Source: Lama glama
Lineage: Eukaryota
Length of the DNA stretch: 64,000 nucleotides
Assembly: GCA_028534125.1 (NCBI GenBank)
Contig: CM052832.1
Location: 14,758,001-14,822,000 of the forward strand
Direction of reading: 5' to 3'
The notes beneath the pieces were generated by a model, which had not been told where the DNA came from, ran no database searches, and saw only the letters and a program-made list of their open reading frames with translations. Of the stretch, positions 12,631 to 25,405 are shown piece by piece (the stretch's first letter is position 1; the number at the start of each line of letters is the position of its first letter). Position numbers and translations under genes: made by a program.

Positions 12631-15179
12631 TAAGAGAGACCCATTTTCAATCTACTGTGTGACCTTGGGCAAGTCACTAAAGCTCTCTGAGCTCTAGTTT
12701 CTCCATATGAAATGACCCCCTTCCTGGGCTGGCTGTGGCGGCTGAAGGATGCTTTGGGAGGCCTTGGGTGAAGCATATGCTCTCATCTGCTACCCATTAC
12801 TGTTGGGGTGGTGGGGGAAGAAGGAGGGGTGATCATTTCCTGGGTGGACAGGGACGGGAAGCCCAGAGAGCTAAGGTCCCAGGCCAGGCAAGCAGGGGCC
12901 ACATCCACTCCTGCTAGCCCCTCAGAAACTCCTCTCTTTGGCTCATTACCCCCTACCCCTCTCAGAGGGCCCTACTGGACAGAGCTCGGGCCTCAGTTTT
13001 CCCATTTGTGCAATGGGAGGGAAAGGGTTGGTGTGGGGGTAGGGAGGTGGGCTGGTAAGTGCCTGGCATCACACCATATGAGATATGGTGTCCCAATATC
13101 TCAATGGATCAAACACCTGTACCAGGAGACCTGTGCCTCAACCCTGACCACCCACTTCCAATACCTTGGTCACCAGGGCTCAGGCTTTCTTCTCTGAAAC
13201 TTTGATCTCCTCCCTGTTCAGCTTCCCTCTGGCACAGAGAGTCTGTCCTGTACAGTTAAATTCTTAATTACCAATTGCCTGTCCACTATTGTTTTCCTTT
13301 GTTTCCTGTATGTTGGGAGGGAGTAGAGCACAGTGTTTCAGCCCTCACTCTGCACTTGCTGTGTTACCAAGGCCTCTCCTCTGCCTCAGTTTCCTTATCT
13401 GTGAAATGGGGTTGATAGTAGTGGTGCCCACCTCGGACAGTTGATGTACGACTTGCACAGTTAAAACGTGTCAAATGCCGAGAACCACGAGAGTGTATGC
13501 TTGGCCTCATTGTTCCTCTTCTTGTCCGCCTGGTTCCAGAGGGCTCACCGTGATACTTGCCACCAGCCCCTGCATGTGAAAAGGCTGAACCACAGAAAGA
13601 TGGCCCCAGGCAGTGTGTGGCCACCAGGCAGGCAAGTGAAGGCACCTCTCCTGGAACCTCCCTCCCCAGGTCTGGCTGCCGGACAAGCTAGTGGTGGTCT
13701 CTGCTGGGCCAGGTGACCGCCTACCCAGGGAGGAGAGGCAGGGGCTTCTCATTTCTGTGCCCGCACTTGCTCTCTGGGGGCCTTGCTGCCCACTTGCCTT
13801 CTGTGGGTCTCAGTTTCTTCATCTGTAAACTGGAAACGAGAGCTTCCTCACAGGGGTGTGTGGAGATGAAACGAGAGTGTGTATGTAGAGCCTGCCCAGT
13901 CTATGTGAGTGTTGTTGAGGACAGCAATGGAGAGTCAGCTCGGTGAGGGGTAGGAGGGGGTCCATCCCCACAGCGAGAGGGCTTGTGGGCATGTACTAGG
14001 AGGGTCCACAGAGACCTAGTGACCTCTCAGCTTTCAGAAGACCGGGCTGAGGCCCAGAGAGGGAAATGAACTTGTGCAGGCTGCACAGCAAGTCAGAGGC
14101 AGAGCAAAATCTTGAGGCCCCTGGCTCAGGCCTTTGGCTTGCCCACCTTGAGGGGTATGAGGAGAGAGTCTCCAGCCTCTGCTCCCCTCCGGCCCCCAGA
14201 ATTCCTACCCACTCCAATCTCAAATGCTCTAGGATGCCTGGTTAAGCAGGCCTTTGCTCTAAACAGCTCTGCTGCTGCCCAGCTACAGGCAGGTCAACTC
14301 AGTTTGTTTATCTCTGAAACAGAGACAAGAATAGAACACTGCCCAGCGTTGTTGTGAGGGCCTAGCAGGTGATTCACCCCCCACCCCCACCCAGCACTGA
14401 CCACGAGGCCTCCACCCTATATGTGTCAGCGGGGTTAATCCTCACTTCAACCCAAGAGGTTGGCACTGAGGCCCAGAGAGGTGGGGGTGAATCCCTAAGG
14501 TCACATAAATTGTCTGTCCCCCCCACCCACTCATGTACGTGTTTCACATGAGGGGTGCCAAGCACAGCGCCACCTCAGAGAGCTCAGCACATGTTACTCC
14601 CACCCCGTTCTCACGCCTCTCCTCGTCCTGGCCTGTCCCTCAAGGCCTGACTCCTGGCCGCCCCTGCTGTGATGCCGTGATGCCATCCCAGCCTCCCAGC
14701 CCCTCTTCCTGCTCCTGGACTCCTTTTCTGCCTAGTCCTGGTCACAGCAGGCAGCTGGCCTCAGCAACCCAGCCAGACTGTAAGCTCCTGGAGGTCAGGG
14801 CATTCAGCGAGGCACACAACTAGGGCTGGATAAGAAGTGGTGAATGAGTGTGTGAGGGAGGGGGTGAGCCTGGACGGCAGGGTAGAGGTTTATGAGTGAC
14901 ACCTGAGATGCTGGGTGGGTCTGCTTCCTGCAGCTGCTGCCAACTGTGTCCCAGACTGGGTGCAGGGATCCTGGCTTCCCCGACGTGACGCAGGAGCGGT
15001 GTCAGATGGCAGAAGAGGGGCAAGGGTCATCAGTGGGGGGTAGGGCAGCTCCTGAGGGCCACCAAGTGCTGGGCCCAGCAAAGGGCACACGTGGCAAGAT
15101 GTCTAGTAAGGTGGAGGGAGGGGCTGGACAGAACGACCTTCCCAGGACTGATTGTGCAACTCCTCATCCCCTGGCCCAT

Positions 15180-15440
15180 GTACAGGAGGACAGAGGTTAG
15201 AGCTTGGGCTTGGCTGGCTTTGCATCCTGGCTGTTTCTTACTAGATGCGTGTCCCTGGGCAAGTCAGTTAACCTCTCTGGGCCTCAGTTTTCATATCTGC
15301 AAATGGCAGTTCTGATACCTATCCCATAGGGTTATTATGAGATTTAAATGACATTATGTAGAAAAGGCATTTGTTCACTGTGCCTGTACCATAGAAAGGG
15401 TTCAACAAATGCAAAAAGTAATATTATTATTGTATTTATT
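15180..15440 (+). mobile_element. MIR SINE
   Basis: MIR core ctgggcaagtcagttaacctctctgggcctcagttttcatatctgcaaatgg...cctatcccatagggttattatgagatttaaatga. Confidence 0.75.
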
Positions 15441-15544
15441 AGTGTAAAGGCACAGAGACCATGAGAGACTGAGTTGAAGCCCCATAGCAGGTAGAGCCAA
15501 GAAGGGACCAAGGCTCCTACTTAGTAACTATAACAGGAGGCAAT

Positions 15545-15805
15545 AAAGCATGGGGTTGTGCATGAGGCCCTGGAACCAGGCTCTACTCTGCCACTCACAA
15601 GCTGTGTGACCTTGGGCAACCTCCCTAACCTCTCTGTGCCTCATGTTCGCCATCTGTGCCTCAGTTTCTCCATCTGTAAAGCAGGGATTATAATAGTGCT
15701 CCTGGCTCATAGGGTTGGGGAAGGATTAGGGAGTTAATATGTGTAGAGTGCATGGGAGAGTGCCTTATATAGAGAAAATAGTCCATAAGCTCAGCAGTTA
15801 TTGTG
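15545..15805 (+). mobile_element. MIR SINE
   Basis: gctgtgtgaccttgggcaa...ctcagtttctccatctgtaaa...ctcatagggttgggg core, with a small internal duplication at ~15634-15677. Confidence 0.75.
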
Positions 15806-17618
15806 CTGTGTGACCTCAAGCAAGGTCCCTTCCCTCTCTGGGTCTCTGCTTCATTCCTGTAAAATGAATCATTAGACTAGTTCAGCTGGAGGCTCCTTCC
15901 TTCCAGCCCTGAGATCGATATTCTAGGGAGTAGATGCACACTCCCCAGAACCCTCCTCCCATTTTTACAGTCCTCGCACATCTGAAGATAGGACCCTCCT
16001 CAGCCTCTATTCTCTCTCCAAGATGGCAGCCAAAGGAGAAGGGTAGCCTTAGAGGCGAAGAAGGTGGAGAGGCGGTCACAGGGTCATAGGGTTGGGACAG
16101 TGAGAAGGTAATGGATCCCCTCCCATCACCCTCTATCCTGTTCCCGCTGCCTACTGGTGCCCCAGGGATGGGCAGTGGGGCCAGGCCCCTGCTTGTCTCT
16201 GACCAAGGTGGGACCCTCAGAGGCAGGGATGGCTTGCCCCCTCATCAGGAGGGAGGACCCCCAGGGAAGCCCTGTCCTTGGCTTGGCAGAGCTGGGTAGG
16301 CCCTGCCCAAGAATGAAGACAGCAGAGGCTGGCAATTAAGCCCTGACAACTGTGTGAACTCAGGCAGAACCCTTATTCTCTCTGAGCCTGTCTTGGGGTC
16401 TGACACAGGGAAGGCAATGTCCCAGCCCCTCTTGGATTTGGTGACACAGAGATCACAACCCAGGAAGGTAAGAGCTGAATGTCCCCCACCCCCAGGAGCC
16501 TGATGCAGGTGGTCTGTATTGCCTGCCTCTCCCGCAGCCTTCCCCACCTGGCAGGGGTTGAGTCACTTCAAGGGAGGGGTGCCTCTGACTGGAGCCCCAG
16601 GGTGGGGTGCAAGGGACTGGAAACCCCAGACCAGGAAGCAAATCCTATTCTCCATCACCCCTCCCCTGACCCTCCTTTCCGCACCTGCAGCCATTGTTGT
16701 CCAAGGAAATCAGGTCTCACACGAGAACCAGGAGGAGGGACCTGTACACTCCCCACACCCTCTGCCCTCCCCAGGGACATTCCCAGACCCACCTCAGCCC
16801 CAAGCTCCATTTCCTTCCTACTTCCTTGTTGGTACCCCCAACCCAAACAAATTCCTTCCATCCTTTGGTCCATCCATCCATCCCTTTATTCCATGCATAG
16901 CTATTTGCCAGGCACTGCACTGAAGTCCAAGGATGCCAAGCAAATAAGACAAAGCTTCTGTCTCTGTGGACTCCCAGCCCAGTGCAGGAGACAGACAAGG
17001 AGAAGGAATATTTGATAAGGTGGGATAAGTGCCCTGATCCCAGGGTCCCAAGACTAACAGGATCAGGGAAGCCTCCTCAGAGGAGATGATGCCAATGCTG
17101 GATTCTGCAGATTAAGTACAAGGGCATGTAGAGAAGTCTGGAAGCAAGAGCTACTGTCAGCCCCTCCAGGGAAGGGCCTGTTTTGTTCATTGTTGTATTC
17201 CTAGTGTCTAGAACAGCGTGACATGCAATAGATGCTCAGTAGAGGATGGAATAAGTCAGTGTTTGAGGAGAGTTTCCAGCAGCTCTTAGAGCTGAGGCGG
17301 CACCTCTGGTTGTGAGCTGAAGCAGCATGGACAATGAGGGAGGAACCACGTGGAGCTGACTCTGAGGGCAGTGGGGAGCCATAGGGGGCTGTAGGCAGCC
17401 GAGTGACACCCTGCTTCACCCTCCGTTCCCTTGCCCTGACTGACTCTCTGAGCCCGGGCACAACCCAGCTGCAGCTGCCTTTTCCTTCATCCAACAAGTC
17501 CATATCTGTTGGTTTATGGAAATAAGTGCATTATTAAGCACCTACTGTATACCAGAGATTTTGCTGTGATCTGGAGGTGAATTGGACTGTCCTGCCCACA
17601 CACTACCCACAATCCAGG

Positions 17619-17740
17619 ACAGGGACTCTTAATCTGGGGCTCATGGAGAGGTTGCAGGGGCTCTGTGAGCCCCTGGAAGTGTGTGTGTATTCTGAGGTGG
17701 GGGGGCCCATAGTTTTTGGTAGATTCTCAAGAGTAATCAG
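17619..17740. mobile_element. hAT-Charlie (MER-type) DNA transposon fragment
   Basis: cagggactcttaatctggggctcatgga...cccatagtttttggtagattctcaa resembles Charlie-derived MER ends. Confidence 0.4.
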
Positions 17741-18809
17741 CTCCCTGTACAGGGCAAGATCCACATGTGTTGAGAAGAAAGTTGTTTCCCCGACATCATA
17801 TCTGGGTGCTGCCAAGAGAATTCAAGCCCCAGGTCCTCCCAGTCTTAGCCTAATCCTGGCTCTGCCCTGGACCCCAAACCCTCCCAAAACTCTGTTGGGA
17901 GCTGGCCCTTCCTGGCAGCAGGCGAGGGCACCCAGTACTTCCTGGCTGGTGCTGTGGCTGCCTGGCAGAGCTGTCCTGCCCAGTCCAGCCCTGGAGCTGC
18001 GTTAGCTGTATCAGCTTAGGATGGTTCTGGGAACTTTGGCTGCCACTGTATCTGGGAAGTCACCATGGGGGAGGGGCAGCACTCAGGGTCAGGGCACAGG
18101 CAGTAGGATCTGAGGTTGGGATCCACACAACCAAAGGGCACAGGGGCTTCCTGAACGTGGCAGCTGGCAAAGGGGCATCTTTAAACATGACGTCCCCCTC
18201 ACCTTCCTCCCACCCCTCCCCAGCCAGCTGTCAGAAATATTTTGTATTTTTTTCTTTTCATATCCTTTTTCCCTTTTAGCATCTTCATTCATTCATTCAC
18301 TTACTCATTTCTTTAACATATTCTTGGGCACCACCTAGAAGGAGGGTAGAAGCGTGGATAGGAGCACTAGGCTCTTGTTTCACCGAGCTGGACTGGAAGG
18401 AGCACTGGTAGGGTGATGGGCTGAGAGGGGGCCAGGGAGGCCCGGGCCGGTAGGGAGCACAGGGCTAGGCAGGCTGCTCCCCAGGCTCCTACAGCTGTCA
18501 GAGCTGTGGAAAATGGGCCCTCCAGGGAGATGGGGGCTGAGCCCATGGCTGCAATCCCCTTAGCTAAGCCACAGAACATGCCAGGAGTGGAGTAGGGGTG
18601 GTTTGAGGACATCATCGTCCAGGGCTCTGGAGCTCAGGACAGGAAAGTCAACTGGAAGAATGTACCCAGTGCATCTCCAGCATCATTCAGTAGAGAGTAT
18701 GCTCTGAACCATCAATTGTGCCTCAATTTCCTCATCTTTAAAATGGGGACAAGTTAGAACCAAACTGTAGGACTGATGTGAGAAATAAGTGAATTAATAC
18801 GTGTAGCAT

Positions 18810-18969
18810 TGCTGGTGATGACCTTGATCCTGGGTTGGCAGTGGGTTCACTGTGTTCATTATATGATATGATTAAAACTTGAGAGGGCCATGCATAGACC
18901 CATGGTGTGGGTCATAAACCCCGGATTATGGTTAATCCAATTAACAAGGGTCCTTTAAAAAAAAAAAAA
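18810..18969 (+). mobile_element. Ancient L1 3' terminus with poly(A) tail
   Basis: ccttgatcctgggttggcagtgggttcactgtgttcatt...ggattatggttaatccaatt followed by an A-run at ~18957-18969. Confidence 0.5.
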
Positions 18970-20729
18970 GTCTTCTAAAGTGTTGGCATGTGCTTAGTGT
19001 TCCCGAAACTCTGGCCAAAATCTAGATGAGAGAGACAGGTCCCCAAAGGGCAGAGAACCTTCCGCTGTCAACAGGGCCTGGCTGTGTGCCAGGCACTTGC
19101 ACTTTCTCTCATTTGCTCCTTGCAACATCCCTTTGAAGAAGGAATCCTTGCTCCTCTTCTACTGAGAAGAGAAACTGAGGCTGAGAAGGAAGTGATTTAA
19201 CCTAAGGTCACATGGCAGAGCTGGGATTTGAACTTAGTTTCTAGACTCAGTGCTTCTCGCCAGCAGCTCAGATGCCTCAGGCTTCTCCAGCTCAGTAGAA
19301 ACAGTGCCCTGAGGACCTCTGGACACCATCTCTCACAACCCCAGAGCCCGAAGGGGCTGGCCCACCCAGCAGCCCTCTAGCTTGAGCCCCCTCAGCAGCT
19401 GTTTTCTCATCTGTCTTCTTAGAGCCCGTCTGGCACGAGTCAGGCCCCTGGATCTTCCCACCTGGCCCTGTGACTCCACATGCACCATGCCCATGGCTGC
19501 AGCGGCTGCCCCTTCCTCCCCTCCAGGCCACTCACCCTTCACCACAGGAGCACAGGTGTGTGTTGGGAGTGAGGGGGTTGAGGGGTAGAAAGGGGCTTCT
19601 GGAGGAACATGCCCTCAAGATCAGGCCACTAGTGGACCTGGACGTCCCTGGGCAGATGGGGAACATGGGGAGGTGGTAAGGGGGCCAGAGGACTGTAACG
19701 CTGGGCAGGGTGCCCTGAGGACAGAACTTCCAGCCCACAGTGTCATCCAACCAGGACCTGAGCCCCAATCTTCAGCCTCAAACAGGATGCAGCAGGCCTC
19801 TTGTCTACAAAAGGCAGAGTAAAATGGCTGTAAGCACTGCACTCCCAGGCTCAGCCCACCCCCTAGACTGTCCAATAATGGCCAGATGGTCCTGCCAGGG
19901 CCCTGGCAGTGCCCCAGGCTGGGGGCAGCAGGAATGTGGGGAAGGATCCTGGCGAGGCTCTAACTCCTGCTCTGCTTGGCTGCCATTGTGCACTTCATTG
20001 CCCTCTCTGAGCCTCAGTGAAAAGGGATCCTGTAGGACTGATTGGTCTCTATCCTCCTCCTGGTCTGCGCTTCTGTGTCTGTGATTCTAACCCCATAGAG
20101 GGAGAGAGTTAGAATCCTTCAGGTCTGAATTCAAATACCACCTCATGCAGGCTTTCCCTGACCCCTCACTGCCCTGACACACACACTTTAAGTAGCCCAA
20201 CACTTCCTCTCCTACATCCCTGCTTCATTCCTGCCGTACTGCAGCAGTCACCACTTTGTGGCACCCTCTCATCCTATTTATTTGTGTTTATTTACTGTCT
20301 CTCCCAGCTCCGTGGGGGACTGAGCTTGGTCTGCCCCTTCACCACTGTGCCCCAGCGCCTGGTGGGCAGTAGGTGCTCAGTAAACACCTGCTGAGGCTGT
20401 GGCTGGGGGGCTGGCGGGTAATAGGCCTGTGCTGCCTTTGGGAAAGCAGTTCGGACGTGAGGAGGGGAGGGGGCTGTGCCCACCTAGCTGGCACTGAGTA
20501 GGACATGCGGGTTGACAGAAGCCTGTGTGAGGGATGAGGGAGTGGGCACTGCAGGCTGGGTGCAGGGTACGGTGTGGAGGGCAGGGTGACAGTGCCTGAG
20601 CAGGGCCTTGCCTCGGCCTGGGAGGTACCCACTGGGCAGTGACAGGGCAGCCTGAGTCTGTGTGTGTGTGAGGGGGGCCCCTTGGGTGTCTGAGGGCCAG
20701 GTCCTCCTTCCCAGCACGTGTTCCCCGCT

Positions 20730-21200
20730 CATTGTCTCCTTGGGGCGGGACCAGTCGGGCGGAAGGCAGCCTCCAGCGGCTGGACATGAAGGCTTACCTG
20801 CCCTCCCTCAGAAAGTTCGCACCCCTGATAAGGTGGGTAAATTTCAAAGGGGCTCGAAAGGAAGGGGGTGGGCAGGGCTGCTGATAGCAGGGCCGGAGTG
20901 CTGCCAGCTGCCTCCCCCTACTTCCCACCGCCCCGTGGCCCAGCCCCCCAGCCGGCCTGCAAGCAAAACAGGTTCGATTGTGCTCTTATCTGGGCCTGCG
21001 GTTTTGTAAGGCCTGCTGGCCCTGCACTAATGGGGGAAAGGCAGCGGCCAGCGCTGGGGTGTGGGCAGTGACACGGCCCCTCCACCTCCACCCCCCACGA
21101 CGGGCCGGGCCAGGGGTGCACCTGGTGCACCGGGGCGGGAGGGGCGACTGACGCACCGAGCAGGGGGCCTTGCCATGGCTAAGGGCCAGACGTGGCTTTA
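20730..21200. promoter_or_regulatory. CpG-enriched candidate enhancer ~6 kb upstream of SPDEF
   Basis: Local CpG enrichment with GATA motifs (TGATAA 20826-20831, CTTATCT 20985-20991), a GRHL-like AACAGGTT (20967-20974) and GC/KLF boxes. Confidence 0.45.
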
Positions 21201-21399
21201 GATCCTGGCTCCACGACTCCCCAGGGAAGCTACTCGCCTCCCTGTGCCTCAGTTTCCTCACTTAGGTTAAAATGGGGACGCTAATGATAGGGGTGCTACC
21301 TCCAAGGGCTGTCAGGACAGTGAAATAAGTTAAGCTCTGTAGAGCAACTGGCTCACAGTGAGCACCAGACAAGCGAGGGGCTTGGCAGGAAGACCCAGG

Positions 21400-21875
21400 A
21401 AATGAGAGGCCAACGCTTCCAGGCCTTGCTGTCTGGCTCCATACTGCCGCCCTCACCCCCTCCACTCCCTGCTCTCATCTCCAGCCACACCTTCCTCCCG
21501 ATGTTTCTCAAGCATGCCAGGCACGAGGCCACCTCAGGGCCTTTGCTCCAGCTTTGCTTCTACCTGGAATGTTCACAGATAACTCAGGGCACACACCTTT
21601 ACCTCCTTCATGTTTTTGCTCAAATCCCACCTTCTCAAGGGGATCTACCCTGACCACCATATTTAATGCTGCTCCCCACACCCCACCCAGAGCTCCTGAC
21701 ATCCTATTTTTCACAGCACTCATCACCTTCTAGTGTACTATATAATTTACTCATTTATTACTTTTCCTGTCTTTTTCCTCTAGAATGTAAATCAACCAAA
21801 GTTCACTGCTGTGTCCCAAGGAACCATGCCTGGCCCACAGTGGGCCATCAGCATGTATCTGTGAAGTGAATGGAT
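21400..21875 (+). mobile_element. LINE-2 (L2) fragment
   Basis: acctcagggcctttgctc...tctacctggaatgttc...tctagaatgtaa...gttcactgctgtgtcccaagg...tgcctggcccacagt, an L2 3' region. Confidence 0.75.
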
Positions 21876-21968
21876 TCACATGGCAGAGATCAGGCCAGGG
21901 TGGAGATTGTATCTTGGGACACCACCCTACTCCACCATTACAGGGGCCTGGAGAGGTAGAGAGGATGT

Positions 21969-21988
21969 TGTGTGTGTGTGTGTGTGTG
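21969..21988. repeat. (TG)n microsatellite
   Basis: Uninterrupted TG run read directly from the sequence. Confidence 0.9.
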
Positions 21989-24944
21989 CGCCCGCGCATA
22001 TCCTGTCTGACCCCCAGTTAGATCTGCAACTTTTTCGCGGCTTGGAGCCCATCTCTGGCAGGAGCTGGACCTGGCTTAGTTCACAGGGAAACTCTGGGGA
22101 CCCTGAGAACTGTATAGGGGCCCTGGTGTCAAGCGGGGCCTCCTCAGATGGCATCCCAGGTGTGAATCAGCAATGTGGGGGGATGAGTGAGGCTATAGGC
22201 GAGGGTGTGTGTATGGGGGAGGGGGTATAGCTAGGCCTTGGACACAGGAAAACTGGCCCATCTGCTCAGCCACCCATGGGGAAGGTGTCTGGGAAGGAGG
22301 AGGAGATGGCATTGGTGAAGAAGCCCAGAGCCTGTAGAACCAGACCCCAAGTTGGGAAGGCCTTTGTTATCTCCTACCTGTCGGTTTTTACTAGGATGGA
22401 GAGGGTCGTACATACAGTAGGTGTTCATGATGGCTAGCCTTGGGAGATGCTGGAGGTCTCGTCTGTGCCCTCTGAGGCCACCAGGCCATGAACTGCTCCA
22501 GGACAGACTCTGCCCAGCCACTCTGTCCCTAGTATCCGTACATGGCCTGGCACAGAGTAGGCGCTCAGTAAATGCCTGCTGGACTGTGCAGAGCACTGTA
22601 TCGTGGGATAGCACAGGCACCCCCTCCTTTAGCCCGACTGGGGTCTGGACTCAGAACCCTGAACTGTTGTGTGTCCTTAAGTCTGTTCCCTAGCCTCTCT
22701 GGTCTCAGGGGCTTCCTCTAGATCGCAAGGGCCGGGTGGTCTCTGGGTCCCACAGACCAGGCTTCCTGCCCACCTTGCCCCTACGGTCCCATCTGGGTGA
22801 CCAGCCCCAGACTCTTCAGCAAGGGAGCCCTTCCCCAAGCTGTTCCCACCTTCTCAGAGCTGGAGCCTGGGCAGGGCAGGGCCTAGCGTCAACCAGGCAG
22901 GGGGAGGGCAAGAATCAGCTGGTGGCCCTGTCTCTCGGCAGCTGACATGGGTCCCAGCTTTGTCCTTGCCATAACCCCCAGGCTACGGCTCCTAGGAGGG
23001 TGGGACCCAAGAGGGAGGAGGGGGTGTTGGGAGATGGGGACAGAAAGAAAGCTAGGAAGGCAGCAATTTGACTGACCGACTGACCAATAATTGAACACTG
23101 CCCTTTTCAAAGTGCATCCATTTCCTTTGTCAATTGGCAATTCACCCATTCACAAGCCCCCCGCCCCCCCGCAGGATAAGCAGGGCGAGTATTATTTCCA
23201 TTTCATGGAGGAGGTGAGGGAGGCCTAGAGGTGCTAGAAAATGGCAGCACCCAGCCAAGCCCTGGGCCCTTCCTCCCACCCAGCGATCTTCGCTCTCTGG
23301 TGGGCTAGTGACGGGGAGGGATGCTCCAGAGCCAGCTGCTCCTGAAATCATAATCTGTGTTGAGTCTGATGCTGTTGGCTGCTCGAGGGTCCCTGCCCTG
23401 AAGGAGTTGGAATCTTGGAAAGATAAACACTGGGAAACAATTAGAGCACAAAGAATTGGCACATGTGAAATCTGCAAAGGCTGGAGGGGGCATGAGAAAG
23501 CTTTCTGGAGGAGAAGGCTCTTGAGATGGGGCTCAGAGGATGGGGATTCTTTCAGTCAAAGTAGAAGAAACTCAACTCATCTCCATCTGAACAGCAGAAA
23601 AAGGACATAAATGGTTCATCCAGATGTTCACGCAGTGATGGCTTCGCTAGGCTCCTTCTCTGGCCTGTCGCAGCACACACTGCTTGCGCTGGCAGTTCCT
23701 AGCCTCAAGGCTCAGAAGCCCCAGTGGCCAAAGAGAATATGTCATCTCAGTAGGTTGGAGAAAAATTCCAAGATGGAGTCACAATGAGCCAACGTGGGTG
23801 GTGTGCTGGACCGCAGTTCTGGAGCGGGTGGATATGGAGAAGGCATCACCCAAAACAGATGGGTAGGGTCTGGATGGGGGGAACAGAAGGGTGCACATCT
23901 TACGCCATGGGAAATGGCCAGAGGGGGATTGAAGAGGAGATTTGCCTCGGGGAGCTGTGGGCAGGATCCAGGAGGTCTAGTGGACCCAGTGACCATGCCG
24001 GGGACCTGGGACTTGACCCTGAGGGGACAAGGCAGGTAGTAAGAGGGTCCTATCAGGCACAAAATGATCGAAGAAACTTCAGATTTGAATTTGAATCTAC
24101 ATCCCAGCTATGACCTTGGGCAAGATATTTTATACATTTGGGCCTCAGTTTCTACACCTGAAAAATGAGGACAGTAATATCTACCTGGAAGGGTTGCTGT
24201 GGGAGGTAAAATGATGTGGCATGTGGTTGGTGGTCAGTGAGGCCCCGGGACAGGGCATCAAGGTTTACAGAGCACTTTCACAACATTATCTCACCCCTCA
24301 CAACATCTCTGAGAGTTCTGTGGGGATGGGGAGAGAGGAGTCCAACAGATTTCAGCCAAAGTCACAAAGCTGGAAGCTGACAGAGCTAGGATGTATATTT
24401 GGGTCAAATACTGAGCTATTGTCACAACACCAGGCTGAATGTATCAAGGTGCTGAGGGGGTGTGTGTCACCCGAAGTCCCCTAATTGGCCCTTCCTTCCC
24501 CTGGAGCCCACCAGAGTTGCCCATGAGCCCACCAAACCTGCCTTGAACCCACCACTGACATCCACCCCAAGCAGCCTCTTAGCACCTTAGCCCAAGTGAG
24601 CCCCCGCTGAGCAGATGGGGAGTCCTCTCCTTGCTCCCTTTTGGACCTTTCCAGCTTCCAGAGGCACCTTTTGTTTCCTTACTCCAGGCCTAGGTGGGTA
24701 GAATCACTGTCCACGTTCAGTACAGCTTAGTCTGGTCCATCCATTCAGGCCCACCCATTCCTAGGGACAACTAAGCGCTCCTTTGGGCCCAGAGCAAAAC
24801 TGTACCAGCATTTCAGGGGCAGCCTTCCCAAGGTCAGAGTTTTCTGTGATATGACCAGGCCCTTTCCCAATGCCACCCAGCAGTAGAATATTGTCTCTGG
24901 CTGCAAGAATATTCTGTCTTCATCTATCTATCCATCTTCTGGTC

Positions 24945-25405
24945 TGTCTCAGATAGAGTCAGGCTTGGCTTTGAATAATAAAGATCCCACTTAACAAAAG
25001 CAAAAGTTATATTTCCCTCATAAAAGTCCTGAGACAGACAGTCCAAAGCGAGTACAGAAGTTTTATGCAGAACTCAGAGACTTAAACTCCTTCCAGCTCA
25101 GTGTTTCAACCATCTTCTTGTCCTCATGGTCAGAATGGCAGTCAAAATTCCAGGCATCACAGCTGCATCCCAGGCAGTAAGACAGAGGAAGAATAAAGAA
25201 GAAGGAGGCGAATGGTACATGTCAGTTTACTTTTTTTTTTCTTGCTAATTTACTTTTAAGAAAGATTCCTAGAAAATGACAACTAGCTGCAGGGGAATCT
25301 TGTATAGTCTAAATTCCAGGTAGCCAAGTTCCCAGCTAAAAACCTAAGGGTTTGTTTACTGAGGAAAGGGAGAGAATGGACATTGGGGTAACTATCTCTG
25401 ACACC
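24945..25405 (-). mobile_element. Old MaLR LTR (MLT1-type) fragment
   Basis: Shares diagnostic segments with the 9975-10380 element (cctcatggtc, ccaggcatcaca, gagagaatggacattgggg). Confidence 0.6.

Noticed and set aside
18931..18945. HNF1-like palindrome GTTAATCCAATTAAC
   Set aside because: Spacing is two bases too long for HNF1, and it lies in an apparent L1 3' end.
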